Shown here in pieces: positions 43,310 to 53,354 of a stretch of 64,000 nucleotides of DNA; position 1 is the stretch's first letter; each line of letters begins with the position of its first letter. The stretch is taken from assembly GCA_038562375.1 (NCBI GenBank), contig JBCFAY010000012.1:34340-98339 (forward strand), in the 5' to 3' direction. The stretch comes from Bacillota bacterium (GTDB lineage Bacteria; Bacillota; Clostridia; Christensenellales; CAG-138). The notes beneath the pieces are model-generated. The model saw nothing but the letters and a program-made list of their open reading frames with translations. It had not been told where the DNA came from and made no database searches. Position numbers and translations under genes: made by a program.

Positions 43310-44281
43310 CTATTCATCCGGCATTTTGCGGTACCCGGTTTCAAAGTCCACCTCGCATTCGAGCGCCCGACCGCTCAAAAACCGCCTGAGGTTTTCCGCC
43401 GCCCGCGCCGCGATCCTGTCGCGCGTCCGCTCGAGCTGGAATCCGGCCGAAATATGGGGCGTGATAAGGACGTTCTTCATTCCCCAGAGCGCATGCTCCG
43501 GCGGAAGCGGTTCGGGATCCGTCACATCCAATGCCGCTCCGCCGATCCGCCCGGAATCAAGGGCGCTCACGAGCGCTTCCGTATCGACCGCCGACCCGCG
43601 GCCAACGTTCAAGAGGGTCGCGCCCGGCTTGCAATAGGAAAACAGCTTCGCGTCGAAAAGACTCCGCGTACTCGATGTTTCCGGAAGGCAAAGCGCGATG
43701 ATATCCGCCCGCGGAAGCGCTTTTTCAAGCTCATCCATGCTTGAGAGCTCGTCGATGTATTCCGGTTTTTCCCGCCTCGTGCGGCGCACACCGATCGTAT
43801 ACGCCCCGAGCGCATGGATCTTTCGGGCGAACTCCCCTCCGATGTCCCCTAGGCCCAATATCAGCGCCGTCGAGCCGTCGATGCATTTGACCTCGTCCTG
43901 GCTGCGCCAGACGCGGGCCTTTTGATTCTCATAATACTCATTAAACCGCTTTAAAAGCATCAGCAGCACCCCGAGCATGTGCTCCGAGATCGCCGGGCCG
44001 AAAGCGCCGGTCGCACTGGCAAGCTTGGTTTTAGGAAAGAGCACCCCTGGCGCGATATATTCGTCCGCTCCCGCGCTGTAGAGTTGCAAGAACAACAGCC
44101 GCTCGGACGCGCGGATTTTATTCGGCGACACATTCCCGATGATGATGTCCGCATTTTGTATCGTCTGCTCGGTCGCTGCGCTCCTCCTGCAGTATTCAAA
44201 CTCCGCCTCGGGCGCCGCCGCTTCGATGAGCTCGCGCTGGCGCGCCGAGGTGGGAAGCGTTACAAGGATATGATAGCGCAT
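43310..44281 (-). CDS. D-isomer-specific 2-hydroxyacid dehydrogenase family protein (NAD-binding)
   Basis: RBS aggagga. GLGDIGGEFARK Rossmann motif, and the LLNVGRG...D...AALDV...EP...H catalytic pattern. Confidence 0.88.
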   Translation of the reverse strand: MRYHILVTLPTSARQRELIEAAAPEAEFEYCRRSAATEQTIQNADIIIGNVSPNKIRASERLLFLQLYSAGADEYIAPGVLFPKTKLASATGAFGPAISEHMLGVLLMLLKRFNEYYENQKARVWRSQDEVKCIDGSTALILGLGDIGGEFARKIHALGAYTIGVRRTRREKPEYIDELSSMDELEKALPRADIIALCLPETSSTRSLFDAKLFSYCKPGATLLNVGRGSAVDTEALVSALDSGRIGGAALDVTDPEPLPPEHALWGMKNVLITPHISAGFQLERTRDRIAARAAENLRRFLSGRALECEVDFETGYRKMPDE

Positions 44282-44906
44282 TTGAATCCTCCTGCTGCCG
44301 TTGTGACTAGTATTATACCGTCTATGCCTCGCGGCTTACAAGGTTTATGGCACGCAATCACCTTTCAATCCGTGCTGCGCGCAGGATTTCATGAAACCCC
44401 GAACATCCCCCGCCTCGAAGCATCCCAAAATTGCATATCGCCGATATTCCATTGCAGCCCATGCTTATGGCGCGCAAATACTCACATAGATTTAACTTGG
44501 GGTTTACGCGGCCGAAAGTATAGTATATCATTATCTTGTTCGGGTTTTCCAGCCGGGCGGCATTGCATGTGATAATTGGCGCTTTGAGCCGCGCAATGCG
44601 GAACTCTGCGCCGTATCGGTGCGCTTGCGCTCGGCGGTCGTGGCTCCAATCGGCTGCTTCCCCTATTCGGAAGCGCAGGCGGGCACCGTGTTCCGTTTGG
44701 CCAAATGGGTCTGTCCAAACCGGATTTTGCATACACGGCCGCATCGGTATGCACAATACGAAGAGCAGCCCTCGTGGGATGGCGCAGAACCCATCCCGCT
44801 GCCAGCCACGGGATGATCCGAGCCGTAGAGCGGAGCAGTGTGTAAAATCTGCGGCGTGTATTTGTTCGCACTTACCGCCGCTTATGCGTATGTAGTTGGG
44901 AGGATT

Positions 44907-45926
44907 ATGAGCCAGATAGCTTTTATTATCAGCATTGTTCTCGTACTTGGGGTGGTATTTGTCAACGGTTGGACCGATGCGCCCAACGCCATCGGCACCG
45001 CGGTGGCGACGCGTGTGCTCCCGCCGCGATTCGCGATCCTGATGGCGATGGTGTTCAATTTTCTCGGCGTGCTTTTGATGACGCTCGTGAGCGCCGAAGT
45101 AGCCGAAACCATCACGCAGATGGTGGATTTTGGCCCCGATAAAGGCGAAGCGCTCATCGCGCTGACGGCGGCGATGTTCGCCATCGTCGTCTGGGCGGTA
45201 GCCGCATGGTGGTTCGGCATCCCGACCAGCGAGAGCCACGCGCTGATCGCCGGACTCACGGGCGCGGCCATGGCCATGGGCGGTTTGGACGCCGTACACA
45301 TGGATCAGTGGAGCAAAGTGCTCATCGGCCTCGGCATCTCCTCGGTGCTCGGCTTCGGCGGCGGTTATTTCATCGCGCGCGTGCTCGAGAACGTATGCCG
45401 AAAATTCCCCCGCAGCAAAACGCGCGGTCTTTTCGTGAAGGGACAAGCAGGTTCGGCCGCGCTGATGGCGTTCCTGCACGGCGCGCAGGACGGGCAGAAA
45501 TTCATGGGCGTGTTTATGCTCGCGCTCTTCCTGAACGGATATGCCTCGCAAAATGCAAGCGGAACGTTTACCATCCCTCTCTGGGTGATGCTGCTCTGTT
45601 CCGTCGTGATGGGGCTCGGCACGCTCTTGGGCGGTCAGCGCATCATCAAAACCGTGGGCATGGATATGGTCAAGCTGCAGACCTATCAGGGGTTCGCGTC
45701 CGATCTGGCGGCGGGTCTCTGCCTGTTGTTTTCGACGCTCTTCGGCATCCCGGTTTCCACCACCCATACCAAAACCACCGCGATCATGGGCGTGGGCGCA
45801 AGCCACAGACTTAAGAGCGTAAACTGGAAAATCGCTTTTGAGATGATCTATGCCTGGGTGCTGACATTCCCGGGCTGCGGCTTGATCGGCTATCTGATGG
45901 CCAAGCTGCTCGTCGCTTTATTCTAA
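44907..45926 (+). CDS. pit: Inorganic phosphate transporter, PiT family
   Basis: RBS gggagg. FVNGWTDAPNAIGTAV, and the repeated PVSTTHT motif late in the protein. Confidence 0.9.
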   Translation: MSQIAFIISIVLVLGVVFVNGWTDAPNAIGTAVATRVLPPRFAILMAMVFNFLGVLLMTLVSAEVAETITQMVDFGPDKGEALIALTAAMFAIVVWAVAAWWFGIPTSESHALIAGLTGAAMAMGGLDAVHMDQWSKVLIGLGISSVLGFGGGYFIARVLENVCRKFPRSKTRGLFVKGQAGSAALMAFLHGAQDGQKFMGVFMLALFLNGYASQNASGTFTIPLWVMLLCSVVMGLGTLLGGQRIIKTVGMDMVKLQTYQGFASDLAAGLCLLFSTLFGIPVSTTHTKTTAIMGVGASHRLKSVNWKIAFEMIYAWVLTFPGCGLIGYLMAKLLVALF

Positions 45927-45955
45927 CAAAACCAGCCGAAAGAACGGAGGAACTT

Positions 45956-46582
45956 ATGGCACTCAAACACGCGAAAGAAAACACCGCTTACATCTGCCTC
46001 CAGTGCATGAGCCAACTCGCTTATGACTGCGCGCAGGCGCTCGACGCGCTTTTGCGCGACTTCACAAACGTTCAGGAGCGCGTCGCGGCCATCCATGATA
46101 TCGAGCACGCGTGCGACATGCAGCTGCATCAGCTCACCCGGTGCGTCAGCGAGGCGTTTATTACGCCTCTGGACCGCGAGGACCTGCTGCTGATGGGCAA
46201 CGACCTGGACGCCGTGACCGATGCGATCGAGGATATCGCGCTCGGGTTCGACCTTCTGGCGGTAGATCATCCCGAGCAGCCTTCGCTCGAATTTTCAGAG
46301 ATGATCCAGCGCTCCTGCGAAACGCTGTGCAAAGCCATGAAGGAGCTTTCCTCGTTCAAGAGCTCGCGCCTGCTCAACGAGTATATCATCGAGGTCAACC
46401 ACATCGAGGAAGAGGGCGACACGCTCTATCATCAAAGCGTGCGCAACCTGTTCCGCCGCCCCAATCCCGATCCTCTGCACACGATGAAGTGGAAGGAACT
46501 CTACGATCGCATGGAGCACGTTCTGGACCTTTGCGAGGACGTGGCCGACCATCTGAGCACCGTCTCGATCAAGAATCAGTAA
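45956..46582 (+). CDS. DUF47 (PhoU-like, YkaA-type) protein associated with PiT
   Basis: RBS acggagga. EHACDMQ...PLDREDL...EEEGDTLY helical repeat pattern typical of DUF47. Confidence 0.8.
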   Translation: MALKHAKENTAYICLQCMSQLAYDCAQALDALLRDFTNVQERVAAIHDIEHACDMQLHQLTRCVSEAFITPLDREDLLLMGNDLDAVTDAIEDIALGFDLLAVDHPEQPSLEFSEMIQRSCETLCKAMKELSSFKSSRLLNEYIIEVNHIEEEGDTLYHQSVRNLFRRPNPDPLHTMKWKELYDRMEHVLDLCEDVADHLSTVSIKNQ

Positions 46583-46639
46583 GCTCGCCAAGGCGCGGTT
46601 TCATAACAGGCGGTTCGGACAATCCCGGGCGATACGAGC

Positions 46640-46690
46640 AACAAGAGAGGCTCCGCAAAGGAACGCGCCTCTCTTGTTTTGTTATTTCAT
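46640..46690 (+). terminator. Rho-independent terminator
   Basis: 12-bp stem aacaagagaggc/gcctctcttgtt followed by ttttgttatttc. Confidence 0.8.
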
Positions 46691-46786
46691 CAAATAAATA
46701 CCTGCCCCATCGCTCCTTATCGTAAGCTCCGCAGTGCTCAGAGCGGACGCGCACATCGGGCCATCCCGTTCCACCGCTCTTGAGCG

Positions 46787-48145
46787 TCAAAAAGATAGTG
46801 GGATTACAGGATATCCCCCCCGCGATGCTTTCCCCCGCAGGTATTGTTCCCGCTCCTCTTGGGGCACCAGTCCCCCGCCCGTCGCCCACGCCACGTGGCA
46901 CGCGTTTTGAAGCTTTCCCGTCAGGCCGTGCTCCGCCAAGTACCCGGCGGCCTCCGCAACGAGGCGCTCCGGGCCGGTGAACGAGGCGCAGGCAGAGGGC
47001 TCGAGGAAAAATCCTTCCGATTCAAAGCAGGCTCCAAGGTGTTCGAAAAGCACGTCGTCCGCGACGGTGAAAACGCCGTCGACGAGCTTATGTACCCGCT
47101 CGCACACATAGTCCGACGGCCTTGCGACCGCCAAGCCGTCCGCATCCGTTTTGCCCGTCAGTCCCGCGTCCTGCACGGATACCTGCCCAAACAGCCCCGT
47201 CGAGAGCCCTACGAGCACGCAAGGGGCCTGAACCGGCTCTACGAAGAAACAATGCGCCGCATCGCCGAAGACGGTTTTCAGGCCGAACGTGATGCCGCCG
47301 GGCGCTCCGCCCACGCCGCAGGGAAGATACACAAAAAGCGGATGCTCCCCATCGACGGTGATGCGAAGCTCCTCAAGCTGGCGCGCAAGGCGGAACGCCG
47401 CCGCGTAGCCCATAAACAGCTCGCGCGAATGCTCGTCGTCGACAAAATAGCCGTTCGGGTCCCCGGCAGCCTGGCGCCGCCCGCCATCCACCGCCGCGCA
47501 GTAATCCCCCCGATATTCGACGACGGCCGCGCCGTTTTTTATAAGCAGCTCCTTCTTCCATTGGCGCGCCTCGGAGGACATGTGCACGACCGTCCGGTAT
47601 CCGAGCGCCGCGCCCAGGATGCCGACGCTCAGGCCGAGGTTGCCCGTTGAGCCTACATGGAGCGAATGGCGCGAGAAGAAATCCCGGCAGCGCGGTTCCA
47701 GCAGCGCTTCATACGAAGCCCCGGGCGCAAGAAGCCCGTTCTTGAGCGCAAGCTCCTCGGTGTGCTTGAGCACCTCATAGATGCCGCCGCGCGCCTTGAT
47801 CGAGCCCGCGATCGGCAGCTCGGAATCGCGTTTTAGAAGCAGCGCGCCGGGGATCTTCTCTCCGGTCTTACGCTCCAAACGCTCCTTCATGCGCGGGATC
47901 GGCGTCAGCGGCGATTCGATCAACCCGCCGTAGCTTTGGGTTTCCATAAAGCGCTTCGCGAGCATCGGCGCGAAGCGCTTGAGCCTTGCCGAGGCGTCCT
48001 CGATGTCCCGCGACGCGATATCGAGCGTTTTCAGCACGTCCCGTGCGCTGGAAAGCGCGGGATTAACAAACAATGTCGGTTGGGCTGAAAGAACTTTTTT
48101 GCCGCAGGGAATGCGCTCCAAACGAGCGCGCACCCGTTCGTCCAC
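46787..48145 (-). CDS. dsdA: D-serine ammonia-lyase (D-serine dehydratase)
   Basis: GTG start with RBS aggagga. PLP-lysine motif GSIKARGGIYEV. Full-length DsdA-like sequence. Confidence 0.9.
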   Translation of the reverse strand: MDERVRARLERIPCGKKVLSAQPTLFVNPALSSARDVLKTLDIASRDIEDASARLKRFAPMLAKRFMETQSYGGLIESPLTPIPRMKERLERKTGEKIPGALLLKRDSELPIAGSIKARGGIYEVLKHTEELALKNGLLAPGASYEALLEPRCRDFFSRHSLHVGSTGNLGLSVGILGAALGYRTVVHMSSEARQWKKELLIKNGAAVVEYRGDYCAAVDGGRRQAAGDPNGYFVDDEHSRELFMGYAAAFRLARQLEELRITVDGEHPLFVYLPCGVGGAPGGITFGLKTVFGDAAHCFFVEPVQAPCVLVGLSTGLFGQVSVQDAGLTGKTDADGLAVARPSDYVCERVHKLVDGVFTVADDVLFEHLGACFESEGFFLEPSACASFTGPERLVAEAAGYLAEHGLTGKLQNACHVAWATGGGLVPQEEREQYLRGKASRGGYPVIPLSF

Positions 48146-48410
48146 AGGGAATTCCTCCTAATCTGACAACAATGTGCGGCCACCCGACGCCGCCGCTTTG
48201 GCGCGACGAAAAATCTACAAGGAACACGGCGTAAAGGCGCAGGCTGTACTTTCCTGAACCCCGTGGCAGCCGCATCCGAAGAGCGGCCGCGGATGCTATT
48301 ACTCTAACCTCCCGCCCTAAGCTTGTCAACGCGTGCCCGCAAGCTTACTTAGGCGCACATGTCTTGCGCGCCGTACTTTTTGCACGCCGGGCGCAATATA
48401 CTCTATTAAA

Positions 48411-48440
48411 TTGACAAACGCATGAGCGATACGTTATACT
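48411..48440 (+). promoter_or_regulatory. Sigma-A promoter (TTGACA-18-TATACT) of the Mn riboswitch/mntP unit
   Basis: TTGACA at 48411-48416 and TATACT at 48435-48440. Confidence 0.7.
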
Positions 48441-48444
48441 CGTA

Positions 48445-48570
48445 GGACGGATAAGGGAGTAGTCTGCGCGGCTGCGTAATAAAGTCAACATGCTGATAAT
48501 CATTTATCTGGCTTTATTTTAAAAGATGAGACTTATTTACGGCAACACCCGTAAATAATTCTTTTTTTTA
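48445..48570 (+). promoter_or_regulatory. yybP-ykoY (manganese) riboswitch with terminator
   Basis: Conserved elements aaGGGAGTAG, aGTCAACATG and aGATGAGAC. Terminator ttatttacgg/ccgtaaataa plus a T8 run. Sits directly upstream of mntP, its classical target. Confidence 0.8.
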
Positions 48571-48594
48571 TCGCGCGGCGATCAGGAGGATTGC

Positions 48595-49182
48595 ATGGAT
48601 ATCTTTGAGCTGTTTCTCATCGCGGTGGGCCTTTCCATGGACGCGTTCGCCGTCGCCATCTGCAAGGGGATGTCCCTGCGCAGATCGGGTTTTTTAGACG
48701 CGCTGACCGTCGGCCTGTACTTCGGATTTTTTCAGGCGGCGATGCCCCTCGCCGGCTTCCTGCTCGGCTCGAATTTCCGCGAGATGATCGAGAAATTCGA
48801 TCATTGGATCGCGTTCGGGCTGCTGCTGCTCATCGGGATCAATATGCTCCGCGAATCCTTCGAGCACGCCCGCTGCTGTTCGCCGGAAAAGGTTAAGCCG
48901 AACGCTTCTTCGCTCGGCTTCGGCGTGATGCTGATGCTCGCGCTCGCAACGAGCATCGACGCGCTGACGGTCGGAATCACATTCGCGTTTTTGCAGGTCC
49001 AAATACTCCCCGCCATCGCCATCATCGGCATCATCACGCTGTTCATATCGATTTCGGGCGTGTATATCGGCCGGCGATTCGGCAATCGCTTTCAAGCGAA
49101 GGCCGAGCTCGTCGGCGGAATCCTCCTGATATTGATCGGCGTCAAGGTGCTCTTAGAGCACCTCGGCATACTCGCATTTTGA
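48595..49182 (+). CDS. mntP: Manganese efflux pump MntP
   Basis: RBS aggagga. LSMDAFAVAI, plus a second SIDALTVG repeat. Confidence 0.92.
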   Translation: MDIFELFLIAVGLSMDAFAVAICKGMSLRRSGFLDALTVGLYFGFFQAAMPLAGFLLGSNFREMIEKFDHWIAFGLLLLIGINMLRESFEHARCCSPEKVKPNASSLGFGVMLMLALATSIDALTVGITFAFLQVQILPAIAIIGIITLFISISGVYIGRRFGNRFQAKAELVGGILLILIGVKVLLEHLGILAF

Positions 49183-49266
49183 GCGTTCGACGCATTGCGC
49201 CTTTCTTGCGCCGCAGTTACAATAAACCTGTAGAATCACAACTTCATCGAATCGAGGTGTTCCGCC

Positions 49267-50106
49267 ATGCGGGAAATCCCCGCCGTCCAAATCACCCAGA
49301 GCGTGTTTAGGATGTGCATCGGAGCCAACTACCATCTTCCGGCCGATGTCTGCGCACGCATCGACAGTGCCCGGAACGAGGAGACCTTCCCCGCCGCAAA
49401 GGATACGCTGGACAAGCTGTCCGAAAACGCGCGTATCGCGGGCGAAGGCAAGTTTCCCATCTGCCAGGACACTGGAATGGCGCTCGTATTCGTCGAGATC
49501 GGAGAGGACGCGCACATCGTCGGCAATCTTGAGGACGCCGTGAACGAGGGCGTGCGCCGGGGTTACCAAGAAGGCTATTTAAGGAAATCCGTGGTCGCCG
49601 ATCCGCTAAGGCGCGTCAACACCGGCGATAACACGCCCGCGATGCTCTATGTCGAGCTTGTGCCGGGCGATAAAGTCGCGATCACGGTCGCGCCCAAGGG
49701 CTTTGGGAGCGAGAACATGAGCCGCATCGCCATGCTGATGCCGTCCGACGGCGCGGAGGGCGTGAAGGATTTCGTCGTGGAGACCGTCGAGCTGGCCGGC
49801 CCGAATCCCTGCCCGCCCATCGTTGTCGGAGTGGGCCTCGGCGGCACGTTCGATAAAGCCGCGCTGCTTTCAAAAAAAGCGCTTCTAAGGCCGCTCGGGC
49901 AGCGCAACCCCGACCCATACTACGCGGAGCTGGAAGAAGAGCTTCTCGATAGGATCAACGCGCTCGGGATCGGGCCGCAGGGCTTCGGCGGAAAAACAAC
50001 GGCGCTCGGCGTGAACATCGAGTGCCTGCCGACGCACATCGCCGGCCTTCCGTGCGCGGTCAACATCAATTGCCACGTATCGCGCCATCTGACGGAGGTG
50101 CTATGA
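49267..50106 (+). CDS. Fe-S hydro-lyase, class I fumarate/tartrate family, alpha subunit
   Basis: FPICQDTGMALVFVE and the Cys ligand pattern. ATGA overlap with the beta subunit. Confidence 0.9.
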   Translation: MREIPAVQITQSVFRMCIGANYHLPADVCARIDSARNEETFPAAKDTLDKLSENARIAGEGKFPICQDTGMALVFVEIGEDAHIVGNLEDAVNEGVRRGYQEGYLRKSVVADPLRRVNTGDNTPAMLYVELVPGDKVAITVAPKGFGSENMSRIAMLMPSDGAEGVKDFVVETVELAGPNPCPPIVVGVGLGGTFDKAALLSKKALLRPLGQRNPDPYYAELEEELLDRINALGIGPQGFGGKTTALGVNIECLPTHIAGLPCAVNINCHVSRHLTEVL

Positions 50107-50663
50107 TGGGAAATATCTCGATCGAAACGCCTTTTGCACGCGAAAAAGCGCTTGCCCTTCGCGCCGGGGACAGCGTGCTTATAAGCGGAGTTCTGTACAC
50201 CGCGCGAGACGCCGCGCACAAGCGCATGAGCGCCGCGGTTAAGGAGGGGCGGTCTCTCCCGTTCGATATCCGGGACGCCATCGTCTACTATGTCGGCCCG
50301 ACCCCTCCGCGCGAGGGGGCGCCCGTCGGCTCCGCGGGGCCGACGACCAGCTGCCGCATGGACGCCTACGCGCCGGAACTGCTGGGGCTCGGCCTGCGCG
50401 GCATGATCGGCAAAGGCGAAAGATCGGCGGCGGTCGTCGATGCGATGAAGAAATCCGGCGCGGTCTATTTCGCCGCCATCGGCGGAGCGGGAGCGCTCTT
50501 GGCGCGCAGCATCCGCTCTTCCAGGGTGATCGCCTACGAGGATCTCGGCACGGAAGCGATCCGCCGCCTCGAGGTCGTGGATTTCCCGGCTATGGTCGCG
50601 ATCGACGCTTACGGCAACAATATCTACGAACTTGGCCGGAAAAGCTATTTGAAAGGGAAATAG
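50103..50663 (+). CDS. Fe-S hydro-lyase, class I fumarate/tartrate family, beta subunit
   Basis: GVLYTARDAAHKR, GPTTSCRMD, IGKGERS motifs. Confidence 0.9.
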   Translation: MMGNISIETPFAREKALALRAGDSVLISGVLYTARDAAHKRMSAAVKEGRSLPFDIRDAIVYYVGPTPPREGAPVGSAGPTTSCRMDAYAPELLGLGLRGMIGKGERSAAVVDAMKKSGAVYFAAIGGAGALLARSIRSSRVIAYEDLGTEAIRRLEVVDFPAMVAIDAYGNNIYELGRKSYLKGK

Positions 50664-50883
50664 GCGCGTCGGCACGGCATTGGCTCTACAGGGAGATCGA
50701 GGCGGAAGCTTCGATCTTTTTCACGAATAAAAACCGCTCTACTGCCGAAGCAATTCCCGAGCGGATAAGCGACCGATTTGGAATACGTTATACAAAATAA
50801 TTCGATCTTTCATTGACATTTAATAATATTTAATATTATACTTAATTAAATTAAATACATAATGAATGGATTGATTTAATTTT

Positions 50884-51180
50884 ATGGAGATTATCCCCGA
50901 ATGGATGGCTAATCTGGACGACGAGGACGTTGCATTCATCAAGAATTTCCTGTTGGCGTCCGGGTCTCTTAAGGAGGTCGCCCAGCTGTATGGCGTCACA
51001 TATCCGACCGTTCGTTTGCGGCTGGACCGGCTCATCCAGAAGATCAGCATAAACGAGGACATCGCGAAAGATCCGTTTATCTCGCTGGTCAAACGATTGG
51101 CGCTCAACGACAAAATTGATTTTGACACCGCAAAAATTTTAGTCGCCGAATATAAAAAGGCCAAAAAGGAGAATGCGTAA
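50884..51180 (+). CDS. DUF2089-family protein (putative DNA-binding)
   Basis: 98 aa with LKEVAQLYGVTYPTVRLRLDRLI HTH-like. Low GC. Consensus promoter TTGACA (50813-50818)-18-TATACT (50837-50842) upstream. Confidence 0.75.
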   Translation: MEIIPEWMANLDDEDVAFIKNFLLASGSLKEVAQLYGVTYPTVRLRLDRLIQKISINEDIAKDPFISLVKRLALNDKIDFDTAKILVAEYKKAKKENA

Positions 51181-51329
51181 TGTCGAATGTTTCAATTCTT
51201 TCAACAATTCTGATTCCGGTTTTGCTTTTGCTTATCATCGGGGGAATCGTCGGCGTATTCTTTGCCATAAAGTATTTCATCCGCTATAACGCCAAGCTGC
51301 GCGAAAAAAAAGATCCGCAGCAGGATGAA
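51180..51329 (+). CDS. 49-aa single-TM micro-protein (MSNVSILSTILIPVLLLLIIGGIVGVFFAIKYF...)
   Basis: The ATG overlaps the DUF2089 stop (TAATG). One clear hydrophobic helix followed by a basic tail. Not in the ORF track (<60 aa). Confidence 0.45.
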
Positions 51330-51431
51330 CTCAATCGCATGAAGATCAACGATCTGTAACCCGCTTGACGCAATAGGGATCGGGTTTTATCCGATCCCTT
51401 TTTTCTTTCGCCTTTTTCCGCGCGCTGCGCT

Positions 51432-53354
51432 TTATGCCTCCTGCCCCTCCAGCTCCTCGAGCCGCTCCTGCGCGTTTTCCCAGACCGAATAGCATCCCTC
51501 GAGTTCCCGGCGCGCAAGCGCGATCCTCTCCGCCTGTTCCGCCGCCTTGATATAGTCCGTCCCGATCTCGGGCAAGGAGAGTTCCTCCTCAAGAAACTTT
51601 AAAGCTTCCTCGGCGCGCTGAACCTCCTCCTCCGCACGCTTGATCTCGCCCCGGGCGCGGTTGATCGCGCTCTGCCGCTCCTTGCGCGCGCGGTATGCGT
51701 TGGCGTTCGCGCTCTCCTCTGCGGCGGGTTTATCCTCGCTTTGCCGGCGGAGCGCACGCTCTTCGAGCAGATCGTCGTATCCGCCCAAAAATTCCTCGAC
51801 CGTGCCGTTTTCCATAAAGAGAAGCCGGTCGGCGAGGCGATTGATGAGATACCGGTCGTGCGTCACCGCGAGTATGGTTCCCTCATAATCCTCGAGCGCG
51901 GATTCGAGCGCCTCGCGGGAGGAGATGTCCAAGTGGTTGGTCGGCTCGTCCAGTATCAAAAAATTCGCGCCCGAGAGCATCAGCTTTAAAAGCTGTATCC
52001 TCGCCTTCTCCCCGCCCGAGAGCGTGCCGATCGGCTTTTGCACCGCGTCGCCCCGGAACAAAAACGCCGCGAGCGCGTTGCGAAGCTCCGGGATGTTCCT
52101 CTCCGGGTATGCGTCGTAAATTTCCTGCAGCGCGGTCTTGCTCGGATCCAGGGCGCTCATGTCCTGCTCGTAATAGCCGGGTTTCACGTTCGCACCGAGA
52201 TAGGCTTCCCCGGTATCCGGCCGGAGCTTTCCGATCAGCGTCTTTAAAAGCGTGGTTTTCCCGCAGCCGTTCGGGCCGAGCAGGAACACGCGCTCGCGCT
52301 TTTTAATCAGCAGATCGACGCCCGCGAACAGGCGTTTTTTCCCGAACGACTTGGAAAGGCCGCGGCCGATGAGCACGTCGTTCCCGCTTTCCTTGGCAAT
52401 CGCGAACCGAAAGCGGATCGAGCCCGCTTCGCGATCGGGCTCGCGCAGCGTCGCGCGCAGGCGTTCGATCTGCTTGCGTTTGGACTCTGCCGTAATAAAA
52501 TTGCGCTCCCGCCCAAAGCGCCGCTGCTGCTCCACGATCGCCTCGATACGCTTGATCTCGCGCTGCGTACGCGCGTAATGGCGCAGAGCGACCTCGCGCT
52601 CGCCGGACTTCAGGTCGATATGCTTTGAATAGCTGCCCGCCGTCGAAAGGAGGCGCTTGTTCTCAATTTCAAGCGTTCTATTGGTCACGCGGTCCAAAAA
52701 ATAGCGGTCGTGCGAGATCACGATGAACGCGCCGGAGAACGCACGGAGCGTTTCCTCTAAAAACTGCACGGCGTCGATATCTAGGTGATTCGTCGGTTCG
52801 TCCAAGAGCAAAAAGTTCGCACCTGAAAGCAGCACACGCGCGAGCTGCGCCTTGGAAAGCTGACCGCCGCTCATCGTGCAAAGGCGCTGGTCAAGCTCCG
52901 GCTCGGTAAAGCCTAACCCCAGGAGCATCGAACGCACGCGGCTGCGGAACGTAAGCCCGCCTCCATCTTCATGCTGCGTATTGAGCTGGTGCTGGCGCAG
53001 TATCAGCGCCTCCAGGCCCTCCGGCCGCTCGGTGAGCCGCCGGTTTACGCTTTCGAGCTCCTCCTCGATGGCAAGAAGCGGCGCGAACGCGTCGAGCGCC
53101 GCCTGGTAGAGCGTCCTTCCGGAAATCTCTTTCATTTGCTCCATGGAAGCCAAGCGCGCCGATCGGGACAGGTACACGTTCCCCTCATCGCACTTTGTTT
53201 TCCCTGAGAGGATGTTCAAAAGCGTCGTTTTTCCGGTGCCGTTGTCCCCGACAAGGCCGATGCGGTCGCGCGGGTCGACTTCAAAGCTCACGCCTTCGAA
53301 GAGCAATCGATCCGCAAATGAGATTTTTACATTGCTCAACGCCGCAAGCGCCAT
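51432..53354 (-). CDS. ABC-F family ATPase (translation-factor type, Uup-like C-terminal coiled coil)
   Basis: Two NBDs (GDNGTGKTT, GPNGCGKTT), two LSGG signatures, an ~80-aa Arg/Lys-rich linker, no TM domain, and a coiled-coil C-terminus. The start at 53354 is chosen because the ORF-track extension to 53939 overlaps the SLOG gene. Confidence 0.9.
   Translation of the reverse strand: MALAALSNVKISFADRLLFEGVSFEVDPRDRIGLVGDNGTGKTTLLNILSGKTKCDEGNVYLSRSARLASMEQMKEISGRTLYQAALDAFAPLLAIEEELESVNRRLTERPEGLEALILRQHQLNTQHEDGGGLTFRSRVRSMLLGLGFTEPELDQRLCTMSGGQLSKAQLARVLLSGANFLLLDEPTNHLDIDAVQFLEETLRAFSGAFIVISHDRYFLDRVTNRTLEIENKRLLSTAGSYSKHIDLKSGEREVALRHYARTQREIKRIEAIVEQQRRFGRERNFITAESKRKQIERLRATLREPDREAGSIRFRFAIAKESGNDVLIGRGLSKSFGKKRLFAGVDLLIKKRERVFLLGPNGCGKTTLLKTLIGKLRPDTGEAYLGANVKPGYYEQDMSALDPSKTALQEIYDAYPERNIPELRNALAAFLFRGDAVQKPIGTLSGGEKARIQLLKLMLSGANFLILDEPTNHLDISSREALESALEDYEGTILAVTHDRYLINRLADRLLFMENGTVEEFLGGYDDLLEERALRRQSEDKPAAEESANANAYRARKERQSAINRARGEIKRAEEEVQRAEEALKFLEEELSLPEIGTDYIKAAEQAERIALARRELEGCYSVWENAQERLEELEGQEA

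Noticed and set aside
44282-44906. Cobalamin riboswitch on the minus strand (GGTGCC...AATAGGGGAAGC...GCCACGA).
   Set aside because: The order and spacing of elements do not fit. There is no B12 box. The flanking genes (dehydrogenase, pit) are not B12-related.
48146-48330. T-box-like motif (GGGTGGCCGCAC on the minus strand) in the dsdA leader.
   Set aside because: It lacks the TA of GGTGGTACCGCG, has no AGAGA/GA-motif/specifier architecture and no terminator. It is more likely an ordinary ~170-nt 5' UTR.
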